Origin: Candidatus Dormiibacterota bacterium
GTDB lineage: Bacteria; Chloroflexota; Dormibacteria; Aeolococcales; Bog-877
Assembly: GCA_027339635.1 (NCBI GenBank)
Contig: DAHWNZ010000006.1
Coordinates: 6,500-70,499, forward strand
DNA: 64,000 bases
Direction: 5' to 3'
Shown one piece after another: positions 43,653 to 52,664 of this stretch (the first letter of the stretch is position 1; every line of letters begins with the position of its first letter). The translations under genes were made by a program, and so were the position numbers. The notes under the pieces were generated by a model. That model was given only the letters and a program-made list of their open reading frames with translations, was not told the DNA's origin and did no database searches.

Positions 43653-44225
43653 TCAGCTGCTGCCGACCGGCTCGGTCGCCAGCAGGTCGGAGCGGACGAA
43701 GATCGAACGTAAAGCGTAGCCCGCCTCCTCGATCCTGGCCCGCCCTCCTTCCTCGCGGTCCAGCAGGGTGTAGATGGCGACGATCTTGGCTCCCGTCGCC
43801 TCAACCCGCGCCGCGGTCCGCAGCAGAGACCCTCCGGTGGTCAGAGCGTCGTCGACCAGGGCCACGCGGTCTCCCGGCCCTGGCGGCGGGCCGGCGAACG
43901 TGCCCCCGGCCCCGTGCTCTTTCACCTCCTTGCGCACGATGAAAGCGCCGACCCGGGGCGCTCCGTCGAGGGCGCTGCAGAGCGCTATCGCAGTCACCAT
44001 GGGATCGGCACCGAGCGTCGGGCCTCCGACCCTGGAGACCGCGTCCTCCCTGGCCCAGGCGACCATCTCCCGTCCGATCAGGAGGGATCCAACTGGATCC
44101 AGGGTCACCATCCGGCCATCAAAGTAGTAGTTGCTGCGCCGTCCGCTGGCGAGCAGGAAGTCGCCCTCCCTGAAGGCCAGCCCTCGCATCAGGTCTAGCA
44201 GCGTCCTCCTTTGCCCGGCGTCCAT
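43653..44225 (-). CDS. pyrE: Orotate phosphoribosyltransferase
   Basis: PRPP-binding motif VALVDDALTTGGS. Confidence 0.9.
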   Translation of the reverse strand: MDAGQRRTLLDLMRGLAFREGDFLLASGRRSNYYFDGRMVTLDPVGSLLIGREMVAWAREDAVSRVGGPTLGADPMVTAIALCSALDGAPRVGAFIVRKEVKEHGAGGTFAGPPPGPGDRVALVDDALTTGGSLLRTAARVEATGAKIVAIYTLLDREEGGRARIEEAGYALRSIFVRSDLLATEPVGSS

Positions 44226-44227
44226 TC

Positions 44228-45712
44228 TCAGGGCGCCTCGGCTGCTCGCCAGCGCAGGATGGGATTCCTCGCTGCCGTCACCTCGTCGACGCGGCCGACC
44301 GGAGCATTGTGAGGGGCTGTGCGCAGCGATTCGGGGTCCGCTCTTCCCTCGTCGAGGATGGAGATCACAATCCGCGCCAGCTCGTCGAGAGAGCCCTTCG
44401 ACTCGGTCTCTGTGGGCTCGAACATCATGGCTTCAGGAACCGTGATCGGGAAATAGACGGTGGGAGGATAGATGCCGTAGTCGATCATCCGCTTGGCTAT
44501 ATCCAGAGCCCTCAGGTCTGGTTGCGCGGATCGTCTGGGAGTCGCCACGAACTCGTGGAAGCTGTCGCTGTCTACCGCGACTGGGAGCCGGCCCTCAAGC
44601 AGGTGGCGCAGGTATCTTGCGTTCAGGACGGCGTCTGTGGCGACCTGACCGATGCCATCGCCGTAGGCCCTTATGTAGGCGTAGGCCCTCGCCAGCATCC
44701 CGAAATTCCCGTAGAAGGCCCGCACCCGGCCGATGCTCTCGGGCCGGTCAAAGTCGAGGTGGAACGAGTCGCCGTGGCGCACCACCCTCGGCACCGGCAG
44801 ATAGCCGGCCAGAGCAGGGCTGACGCCGACCGGTCCGGCTCCCGGGCCACCGCCCCCGTGGGGCGTCGAGAAGGTCTTGTGCAAGTTGAGATGGACCACG
44901 TCGAACCCCATGTCTCCCGGACGTGCCAGCCCGACCAGGGCATTCAGGTTGGCGCCGTCGTAATAGACCAGCGCACCAGCCTCGTGGGCAAGGCGGGCCA
45001 TCTCCTCGATGTTGCGCTCGAAGATTCCCAGGGTGTTGGGATTGGTCAGCATCACCGCGGCGACCTCCGGGCCGAGCTTGGAGCGCAGGTCGTCCAGGTC
45101 GACGGTCCCATCCCCGGCGCTCTTGACCGTGATCACAGAAAACCCGCACTGCACAGCGCTGGCCGGATTGGTCCCGTGCGCGGTGTCGGGAATGATCACG
45201 GCCCGGCGGGCGTGGTCCTCCCGGCTGCGATGAAACGCCTGGATCATCCGCAGCCCGGTCCATTCGCCGTGGGCCCCGGCCGCTGGCTGCAGCGACACCT
45301 CCCCCATCCCGGTGATCTGGCAGAGGTATCGCTCCAGGTTCCACATCAGCTCAAGCGCCCCCTGGATGGACGACTCCGGCTGCCATGGGTGAATGTCGCT
45401 GAGGCCTTCGAACGAAGCCACCTGCTCATTGACGGCCGGGTTGTACTTCATCGTGCAGGAGCCCAGCGGGTAGGCGCCCTGCTGCAGGTTGTGATTGCGC
45501 CGCGCCAGCCGCCCGAAGTGGCGCGCCAGATGAGGCTCGCTGAGGGCGGGGATCAGCGCTCTGCGGCTTCGGGCCAGCGAGGCTGGCAGCCCCTCGGCCA
45601 ACCCCGGCCCCTGGACGCCAGCCTCCGGAAGCTGGGGCCCGGTCCCCGGCTCCGTGGCCACCTCGAATATGAGTGGCTCCTCTCCGGCCCAGGCGGACGC
45701 GGCGGCGCTCAC
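44228..45712 (-). CDS. gcvPB: Glycine dehydrogenase (decarboxylating) subunit 2
   Basis: PLP-lysine context HLNLHKTFSTPHGGGGPG; GTG start overlapping gcvPA stop (GTGA); 74-aa ORF-track extension rejected. Confidence 0.9.
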   Translation of the reverse strand: MSAAASAWAGEEPLIFEVATEPGTGPQLPEAGVQGPGLAEGLPASLARSRRALIPALSEPHLARHFGRLARRNHNLQQGAYPLGSCTMKYNPAVNEQVASFEGLSDIHPWQPESSIQGALELMWNLERYLCQITGMGEVSLQPAAGAHGEWTGLRMIQAFHRSREDHARRAVIIPDTAHGTNPASAVQCGFSVITVKSAGDGTVDLDDLRSKLGPEVAAVMLTNPNTLGIFERNIEEMARLAHEAGALVYYDGANLNALVGLARPGDMGFDVVHLNLHKTFSTPHGGGGPGAGPVGVSPALAGYLPVPRVVRHGDSFHLDFDRPESIGRVRAFYGNFGMLARAYAYIRAYGDGIGQVATDAVLNARYLRHLLEGRLPVAVDSDSFHEFVATPRRSAQPDLRALDIAKRMIDYGIYPPTVYFPITVPEAMMFEPTETESKGSLDELARIVISILDEGRADPESLRTAPHNAPVGRVDEVTAARNPILRWRAAEAP

Positions 45713-47082
45713 AGTGCCGCTCCAGCCTCGACGAAGGTCGGGGCCATCTCCAGGACGGCCTGCTCGTAGCGGTCCAGGGCGGCCGGGGGAGTCGTCTCCG
45801 TCACAGACACCAGCATCTGGCTCCTTCGGGCGTGGTCGAACCTTCCCAGGGGGAGTCCCGCCAGAATGCCCCGTTCGGCGAGCTTGGCAGCCCACTTCTC
45901 CGCGTCGCCTGGACACTCCAGGACGAATTCCCACAGGAAGTCTCCCCTCGGGTGCGCCACTCCGAATCCAGGAGCGGCCCCCAGCCTACGTGCCAGATCG
46001 TGAGCGCGCCGGTACGAGATGTCAACCACACGGCGCATCCCCGCTTCCCCCATCTTGGCCATGTAGGCGGTGGCGGCAAGCGCCATGAGGGCGTGGTTGG
46101 TGCAGATGTTCGACGTTGCCCGCTCGCGCCGGATGTGCTGCTCGCGGGTCTGCAGCGTGAGGCAGTAGGCCCGACCACCCCGGGCGTCCTTGGTCATCCC
46201 CACGAGCCTGCCGGGCATCCGCCGCAGGAGGTCCTGCCGGCACGCCAGCAGCCCCACCGTGGGACCACCCAGCTGGGCCGGGATTCCCAGCTGCTGTCCC
46301 TCCCCCGCCGCGATGTCAGCCCCCTGGGCGCCCGGAGGCTCGAGCACGACGGAGGCCAGGGGGTCGGCCATGACAAGGGCCAGCGATCCCGCCCCGTGAG
46401 CAAGCTCTACCAGGTCGGCGACCGGCTCTATCAAGCCGAAGAAGTTTGGTTGCCCGACGATCAGGACGGCCGTATCCCGAGCCGCCAGCAGCCGCTCCGC
46501 GGCCCGGGCGTCGGTGACCCCATCCCGGGTTGGGATGAGTTCCAACTCCCCGCCCCGACCGGACGAGTAGGTCTTGAGGACCTCCAGGGTCTCTGGGTGG
46601 AGCGCCGACGAGGCGAGGATCCTTGAGCGCCCCGTGTGAGCCACCGCCAGCAGGGCACCCTCGGCCACCGCCGTGGCCCCGTCGTACATGGAGGCGTTGG
46701 CCACGTCAAGGTCGTAGAGCTCCGCGACCATGGACTGGAACTCAAAGATCGTCTGGAGGTACCCCTGGCTGGCCTCCGCCTGATAGGGGGTGTACGAGGT
46801 GTAGAACTCCGGCCGGCCGATGGTGGCCCGCACGATGGCGGGTACGAACCGGGAGTAGATGCCCCCACCCAAGAAACAGTCCCAGCGGGAGAGCGGGCGG
46901 TTGGCATCCGCCAGACGGCGCATCTCCGCCGTCAGCTCAAGTTCGCTGAGAGGTGGCGGCAGCTCCAGCCTGGGGTTCTGCAGGTGAGCCGGGATCTCCG
47001 CGAACAGGTCGGCGGGGCTGGAGACACCAAGTGCGGCCAGCATCTCCTGGCGGTCGCGGGCGGAGTTGGGCAGGTATGCCAT
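45709..47082 (-). CDS. gcvPA: Glycine dehydrogenase (decarboxylating) subunit 1
   Basis: 457 aa; MAYLPNSARDRQEMLAALGV N-terminus typical of GcvPA. Confidence 0.9.
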   Translation of the reverse strand: MAYLPNSARDRQEMLAALGVSSPADLFAEIPAHLQNPRLELPPPLSELELTAEMRRLADANRPLSRWDCFLGGGIYSRFVPAIVRATIGRPEFYTSYTPYQAEASQGYLQTIFEFQSMVAELYDLDVANASMYDGATAVAEGALLAVAHTGRSRILASSALHPETLEVLKTYSSGRGGELELIPTRDGVTDARAAERLLAARDTAVLIVGQPNFFGLIEPVADLVELAHGAGSLALVMADPLASVVLEPPGAQGADIAAGEGQQLGIPAQLGGPTVGLLACRQDLLRRMPGRLVGMTKDARGGRAYCLTLQTREQHIRRERATSNICTNHALMALAATAYMAKMGEAGMRRVVDISYRRAHDLARRLGAAPGFGVAHPRGDFLWEFVLECPGDAEKWAAKLAERGILAGLPLGRFDHARRSQMLVSVTETTPPAALDRYEQAVLEMAPTFVEAGAAL

Positions 47083-47275
47083 CGGCAGGGGTCCTAAATT
47101 GGGCGCGGTGGGCTCAGCCTGAGTTCAACCTAGAGTTTAGCTGCAGACCGATCCCGTCCCGAGGGGCCAACTCGGGGCCGCGTGGCGGCCGCCAGCCGGT
47201 GTGATCGGGTGCAGGCCGACCCGCGCTTGGCCCGTTCGGCGCCGCTGGTGCCTGGTTCGAGGAGGCCGTTGACGG

Positions 47276-47665
47276 TCAGTGCTGGTCGGCGTCCGCGTAG
47301 GCCTGATAGGCGGCGTCGTCCATCAGCGTGTCCGGAAGCTCCCCGTCGAGCCTCACCTTGACCAACCAACCCCTCTCGTAGGGGTCCTGGTTGACCAGCT
47401 CGGGGGCGTCGTTCACCGCCGCATTGACCTCCAACACTTCCCCGGCTGCGGGGGCGTAGAGATCGCTGGCGGCCTTCACCGACTCGACCGCGCCGAGGCG
47501 AGCCCCCGGCTCCAACCGCGCGCCCACCTGCGGCAGCTCCAAGAAGATCACATCACCCAGCTGCCCCTGAGCGTGATCGGAGATTCCGATGAAAGCCTCG
47601 CCGCCGTCGGCGGGACGCACCCACTCATGGGTCTTGGTGAATTTGAAACCGCTTAGGTCTGGCAA
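47276..47665 (-). CDS. gcvH: Glycine cleavage system H protein
   Basis: Lipoyl-lysine motif ESVKAASD. Confidence 0.9.
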   Translation of the reverse strand: MPDLSGFKFTKTHEWVRPADGGEAFIGISDHAQGQLGDVIFLELPQVGARLEPGARLGAVESVKAASDLYAPAAGEVLEVNAAVNDAPELVNQDPYERGWLVKVRLDGELPDTLMDDAAYQAYADADQH

Positions 47666-47692
47666 CTTGGTCCTCCTCCCTGTGGGAGACTG

Positions 47693-48796
47693 CTACTGTC
47701 CGGGCCGATGGTAGAAAGGTAACGGGACGACCGTCGCCTCCGCCCACAGTTCCGGCTCCTGCCGCAGGCGCACTTTGAGCATGGTGCCTGGGGCGGCCAT
47801 CTCCCGCCTCACGTATCCCATGGCGATGGCGGTGCCGACGGAAAATCCGAAGGAGCCACTGGTCACCACCCCAACCTCCCCGGAGTCGGCGAATATCGCC
47901 TGGTGGGGGCGGGCGATCTGGCGCGGCCCCAGTTGGATTCCCACAAACGCCCGGGTTGGTGCCTCCGAGATACGTCGCAGTGCGGTGCTGCCCAGGAAGG
48001 CTCCCTTGGCCAGTTTGACCACCCACCCCAGTCCGGCCGTGATCGGGTCAGTTCCCTCGTCGATGTCCTGGCCGTAAAGGCGCAGCCCAGCCTCCAGCCG
48101 CAGAGTGTCGCGGGCGCCGAGACCGGCCGGCATGAGGCCGTACTCCTGACCGCGCTCATAGAGCGCTGTCCAGATCGTCTCGGCCGCCTCGGAGGGTCCA
48201 TACAGCTCGAATCCGTCCTCTCCCGTGTAGCCGGTCCTGGATAGGCGCAGCCTGACACCGGCGACCGTGCCCGGGCGGTGGTGGTAGTAGCGGATTTCCT
48301 GCGGGCTGCCCTCGGACACCAGAGGCTCCAGGATCTCCAGAGCCCGTGGCCCCTGCAGCGCAATCAGAAAGGTCTCCGCCGAGCGGTCCAGGAGCTCCAC
48401 CCCCGCGGGGGGCAGATGCTGCCTCATCCACGCGAGGTCGGCGTCGTGGCGGGCGGCGTTGATCACACACATGAACTCTTCACGGTCGCGATAGACCAGG
48501 AGGTCGTCAACGATCCCGCCATCCTCCCGACACATGACCCCATACAGGGCACGCCCCTCGGCCAGCTTGGAGACATCGTTGCTCACCAGGTTCTGGAGAT
48601 AGTCGAGGGCCCCGCTGCCGCGCACCATCACCTCTCCCATGTGGGAAACGTCGAACAGGCCCGCCCGCCGGCGCACGGCTTCGTGCTCCTCCCGGATGCT
48701 GCGGTACTGCATCGGCATGATGTAGCCACCGAAGGGCGTCATGCGCGCGCCGAGCTGGCGATGAATCGCCCCCAAGGGGACTTCTATGTCAGTCAA
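47693..48796 (-). CDS. gcvT: Aminomethyltransferase (glycine cleavage T protein)
   Basis: TTG start overlapping upstream stop (ATTGA); GGAGGA SD; FDVSHMGE motif. Confidence 0.9.
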   Translation of the reverse strand: MTDIEVPLGAIHRQLGARMTPFGGYIMPMQYRSIREEHEAVRRRAGLFDVSHMGEVMVRGSGALDYLQNLVSNDVSKLAEGRALYGVMCREDGGIVDDLLVYRDREEFMCVINAARHDADLAWMRQHLPPAGVELLDRSAETFLIALQGPRALEILEPLVSEGSPQEIRYYHHRPGTVAGVRLRLSRTGYTGEDGFELYGPSEAAETIWTALYERGQEYGLMPAGLGARDTLRLEAGLRLYGQDIDEGTDPITAGLGWVVKLAKGAFLGSTALRRISEAPTRAFVGIQLGPRQIARPHQAIFADSGEVGVVTSGSFGFSVGTAIAMGYVRREMAAPGTMLKVRLRQEPELWAEATVVPLPFYHRPGQ

Positions 48797-49332
48797 TCTT
48801 CCTCCATCTCCTCGAGCGTCTCCAGCAGTTCGCGATCATGTTGGGCGGCGGCTTCCGAGGCGGCCTGACGCAGCTGCCTCACCCGCTCCTCGGGCCACCC
48901 CAGGTGGTCCGCCAGTTGACGGTCGCTCGGGGGGGCTCCAAGCTCTCTGCGCATCTCAACGTCCGCCGCGAACACCACCTCTGCGTCCCGCGCCCACCGC
49001 TCATCCTGCTCTCTGGCGCGCTCCTCCTCCGCCAGGGTGGCGCGGATCGCGGCGGCCACGACCTCGCGTGCCTGGCGCTGAAATTCCGCCGGGGTGAGCG
49101 GGGTCTCCCCGGAGAGCCCGTGCACCAGTTTCAGCAAGGCTGTGGTGCCCTCCTGAAAGAGATCACCGACCGGGGTTCCCGGCCGGTCCACACTGGTCGC
49201 CTGCTCGAGCGCTATCCACAGGTGGTGCTGCACCAACTGCCGCCTCGGGTCCTGGTCGAGGTTCTCGTAACCGACCGTGGCCAGCAGCCCGGCAATCGCC
49301 TGCTCGCCCAGGGGTGGGAACTCCGCGACCAT
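48793..49332 (-). CDS. Truncated sigma-70-like protein (regions 2.1-2.2 and 3.0 only; no region 4)
   Basis: 179 aa, strong GC3 bias; RRQLVQHHLWIALEQA...GDLFQEGTTALLKLVHGL matches sigma region 2.1/2.2; SDRQLADHLGWPEERVRQLRQAA matches region 3.0; translationally coupled to gcvT. Confidence 0.6.
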   Translation of the reverse strand: MVAEFPPLGEQAIAGLLATVGYENLDQDPRRQLVQHHLWIALEQATSVDRPGTPVGDLFQEGTTALLKLVHGLSGETPLTPAEFQRQAREVVAAAIRATLAEEERAREQDERWARDAEVVFAADVEMRRELGAPPSDRQLADHLGWPEERVRQLRQAASEAAAQHDRELLETLEEMEED

Positions 49333-49461
49333 TTCCCTCAGGGTCCGGGTCTCGTCTGACGGCGCCGAAGCGGGCTTGGGAGTGGGCACGGACCCGAGTA
49401 TAGGCTCGGTTCGGCGAACGGGAGGGATCTCGCGGCGGATCGGTATTCGTACACTCAGACG

Positions 49462-50904
49462 GTGCCACCCCGCGCCATGCGAGTACCCCCCGACCAAGAC
49501 CTGGTGGTCTTCGGAGCGACCGGGGACCTGGCCCGCCGCAAGCTGCTGCCCGCACTCTATGAGCTGAGTCGCCAGGGGCTCCTCCCACGCCGCGGGGAGG
49601 TGGTGGGAACTGCGACCCGGGACCTCGACGATGACGGCTTCAGGGCCTTCGCCCACGACGCGATCGAGGAATTTGCCAGAACCGGGCTCGACGAGCCGAG
49701 CTTCGCGGCCTTCGCCAAGCGGCTGCGCTACGTGCCCGCCATCTCCGACCCAGGGCCCAAGCTGGCCAAGGTGCTCAAGCTCCCGCACCGGATCGTGTAC
49801 CTGGCCGTCCCCCCCTCGTCCTTCGCCCCGATCCTGCAGGAGTTGAAGGATGCCGGGCTCTCCAGGGGTGCCTCCCTCATCATCGAGAAGCCGTTCGGGC
49901 ATGACCTGGAGTCCGCCAGAAAGCTGAACCAGGCGCTGCATCGCATCGTGCCCGAGGAGAGGATCTACCGCATCGACCACTACCTGGGCAAGGAGACCGT
50001 CCAGAATCTCCTGGTTTTCAGGTTCGGCAACACCCTTGTGGAGCGCATCTGGAACCGCGATGTGGTATCCCACGTCCAACTGACTGTTGCTGAAGACATT
50101 GGAGTTGAGAATCGGGGACATCTGTATGAGGAGACCGGAGCGCTCAAGGACATAATGCAGAACCACCTCTTCCAGCTCCTCGCCCTCACGTGTATGTCAC
50201 CTCCCAGTTCCTTCGATCCTGAAGCATTGAGAGATGAGAAGGTCAAGGTCCTTCAATCGATTCGGCCGGTGGCCCCAGCGGAGGTGGTCCGGGGTCAATA
50301 CACCAGGGGCTCGGTCAACGGCAAGCTGATGCCGGGGTACCGGGAGCTTGACGGAGTGTCCCCGGATTCGAACACGGAGACGTATATAGCACTCCGACTC
50401 GCGGTCGACTCCTGGGCGTGGGCCGGGGTCCCCTTCTATCTGCGCTGCGGCAAGGCGCTGGTCACCAGGCGCACGGAGATCATGCTCTTCTGCCGGGACG
50501 TGCCCCTGCATCTCTTCGAGGGTACGGGAATAGAGGCTCTGCAGCCCAACCGGGTGACGATCAGGATCCAGCCCGATGAGGGAATCTCATTCTCTTTCGT
50601 GGCCAAGGAGCCGGGGCCTGTGGTCCGGGAGCAGGGGGTGAGGATGGACTTCTCCTACGGGAAGTCATTCAAGACCGAGCCGGCGGAGGCCTACGAGCGG
50701 TTGCTGCACGACGCCCTGCTGGGAGACCACACCCTCTTCATACGGCAGGACGAGACTGAGTGCGCCTGGGCCGCCCTCCAACCCGTGCTGGACAACATGC
50801 CCCCGATCCGGCTTTACCCGGCTGGAAGCGAGGGCCCCGCCGAGGCCCAGAACCTGATGGAGTCGGGGGCCTGGCACAGCCTGGCCCACCACGTCCAGGA
50901 TTAA
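49462..50904 (+). CDS. zwf: Glucose-6-phosphate 1-dehydrogenase
   Basis: VVFGATGDLARRKL, RIDHYLGKE motifs; probably leaderless from GTG 49462 (TACACT -10 six nt upstream); alternative ATG 49477. Confidence 0.9.
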   Translation: MPPRAMRVPPDQDLVVFGATGDLARRKLLPALYELSRQGLLPRRGEVVGTATRDLDDDGFRAFAHDAIEEFARTGLDEPSFAAFAKRLRYVPAISDPGPKLAKVLKLPHRIVYLAVPPSSFAPILQELKDAGLSRGASLIIEKPFGHDLESARKLNQALHRIVPEERIYRIDHYLGKETVQNLLVFRFGNTLVERIWNRDVVSHVQLTVAEDIGVENRGHLYEETGALKDIMQNHLFQLLALTCMSPPSSFDPEALRDEKVKVLQSIRPVAPAEVVRGQYTRGSVNGKLMPGYRELDGVSPDSNTETYIALRLAVDSWAWAGVPFYLRCGKALVTRRTEIMLFCRDVPLHLFEGTGIEALQPNRVTIRIQPDEGISFSFVAKEPGPVVREQGVRMDFSYGKSFKTEPAEAYERLLHDALLGDHTLFIRQDETECAWAALQPVLDNMPPIRLYPAGSEGPAEAQNLMESGAWHSLAHHVQD

Positions 50905-51500
50905 GCGCTGGCGCGCGCCGGGGCCTGGTCGGGGACCAGCTGGTCGGCTTCGATCCATCCGACCTCTGTCTCAGGCTCCTCGCCGGCCCTGACCTGCACC
51001 CACCTGCCCTGCTGCCGCAGCGCCCGCAGGGGAGAGGCCGGACGCACAGACCTGCCGCGCTCGGCTTTGTGGTCAGGCTCCTTGAAGATCGGATATCCGG
51101 TCCCGGCCCAGCTCTGCACTATCGTGCAGGGGCCCGGGGGGATGCTGCGGAAGTGATACACGGTGTGCCCATCCCGCTCGCCACGGCCGAGGATCCTCAG
51201 GAGATTCGTCGCTCGCATGGTGGCGCTGCGCTCGCCGTCGGCGGTGATGGTCACCCTGGTGCCGCTGCTGGTGGACTCGCATTCGATGCGGATGCGGTTC
51301 TTCGGGTAACGCACCTTGGACCACTGGCCGAAGAGCCCATTGGCAAGGTCCTGGACCACTTCCGCGGTGTGGTCATCGACAACCCTGAAGCTGAATGGCG
51401 GCAGGCCAGCCACCTGCTCGGCCACCGCGAACACCTCGCGGGGCGGCGCGAACACCACCGCTTCCCAGCGGTCGTGGCGCTTGGGGCCGAGATAGAGCAT
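50901..51500 (-). CDS. Hypothetical protein with C-terminal SH3b-like segment
   Basis: Start at ATG 51498-51500 (MLYLGPKRH); C-terminal GRWVQVRAGEEPETEVGWIEADQLV. Confidence 0.5.
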   Translation of the reverse strand: MLYLGPKRHDRWEAVVFAPPREVFAVAEQVAGLPPFSFRVVDDHTAEVVQDLANGLFGQWSKVRYPKNRIRIECESTSSGTRVTITADGERSATMRATNLLRILGRGERDGHTVYHFRSIPPGPCTIVQSWAGTGYPIFKEPDHKAERGRSVRPASPLRALRQQGRWVQVRAGEEPETEVGWIEADQLVPDQAPARASA

Positions 51501-51535
51501 GCCCCAGATTGTAATTGGGCGACCAGTTGGTGTGA

Positions 51536-52603
51536 TCAGGTGAGGAGCGGGCGCCGCCGCAACAACCACGCCTCCAGCTGGTGCAGGGCGGGGTCGGCCG
51601 GACCCCACAGTGGGGCCAAGAGCAGACCACTGTGGCTCACCTGCCGCCCACCCCACCTGGTTTTGAAGGTGGCGTAGCCGTGGGCGCTGTTGGCGGGATC
51701 AAAGTGGCGGGGCACTCCCCACATGTCATAGAAGGAACACCCCTGCTGTATGCCCCAGCGGATCATCTCCCAGTGGAGGGCATAGCTGGCTCGGGCCTCG
51801 GGCGCCGTCAAGGAGGTGCCCCCGTAGAGGTAGATCAGGCGCGGGCCGCAGGAGATCGCCATGGCCGCGGCGAGGGGCTGCCCCCGGCGCGAAGCGACGA
51901 AGATGACCCCATCGAGATCGGTCAAAGCGGCCTCGTAGTAGCTCTGCGGGCGGGTGGTGAATCGCTGGCGTCGCACGGTGTCCAGGTGGAGGCGGTAAAA
52001 GCCCTCGACCGCGGACCTTGAACTGTCGGCGGTCACCGTCACCTCGGCCCGGCTCGCGATGCGGATGTTCCTGCGCGTCGACGGGGGAAGCGCCGCGAGC
52101 GTTGCCTGCTCATCCGCCGCCAGGTCAACGACCCAGGAGTTGCGATGCTGGACGTCGAAGCGGGCCGCCCTCAGCCCCAGCCGGGCCCGCAGGGAGTTCA
52201 CGGTTAGCGAGCCGACTGGCCACTCGGGGTCGAGCCGGAGCGCCACGACCCCCCTTGACCGCAGGAACCCGGCCGCCGCTTTGAGCAGCGACTCGGCGGC
52301 CCACGGCTGGGCCAGTGAGCCCAGGACCGGTCCCCGCGGAGCATAAGCCCAGCCCAGCCCACCTGGCCCCAGCGGGCGGCGCAGAACCTGCAGAGCTCCC
52401 ACACAGGCACCGGAGTGGGGATCGCGGGCGAGCCATCGGGTCACCGTCCAGCCGTAACGCGAGCGCAGGACGCCCCATCCCCACGACTGCATCAGCACCC
52501 CCCCGGAGGTCCTGACAAACTCGTCCCACGCCGGGCGCTCCGCCTCTCCCGCTACCGTGATCAAAGGGACTGTCGCGGGGTCCGGTCCGGGGGTTGCTGC
52601 CAC
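51536..52603 (-). CDS. FemAB-family aminoacyltransferase (peptidoglycan bridge formation-like)
   Basis: MQSWGWGVLRSRYGW...IYLYGGTS...HWEMIRWGIQQGCSFYDMWG; start trimmed to GTG 52603 because the ORF-track N-extension is antisense to nfeD. Confidence 0.75.
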   Translation of the reverse strand: MAATPGPDPATVPLITVAGEAERPAWDEFVRTSGGVLMQSWGWGVLRSRYGWTVTRWLARDPHSGACVGALQVLRRPLGPGGLGWAYAPRGPVLGSLAQPWAAESLLKAAAGFLRSRGVVALRLDPEWPVGSLTVNSLRARLGLRAARFDVQHRNSWVVDLAADEQATLAALPPSTRRNIRIASRAEVTVTADSSRSAVEGFYRLHLDTVRRQRFTTRPQSYYEAALTDLDGVIFVASRRGQPLAAAMAISCGPRLIYLYGGTSLTAPEARASYALHWEMIRWGIQQGCSFYDMWGVPRHFDPANSAHGYATFKTRWGGRQVSHSGLLLAPLWGPADPALHQLEAWLLRRRPLLT

Positions 52604-52664
52604 CGGGTGATTATCCTCGGCCCGTTCTCGGCTCCTTCGATTTGGGCGTACACTGAATGTTGCT

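Noticed and set aside
49333-50166. Upstream 278 codons of the 457-aa ORF 48793..50166
   Set aside because: This part is antisense to zwf, a strongly conserved gene. Only the 3' 179 codons (48793..49332) have non-overlapping, sigma-like coding sequence.
50350-50372. Minus-strand GTTCGAATCC (tRNA T-loop-like) sequence
   Set aside because: Lies inside the zwf coding region with no acceptor or anticodon stem partners; coincidental.
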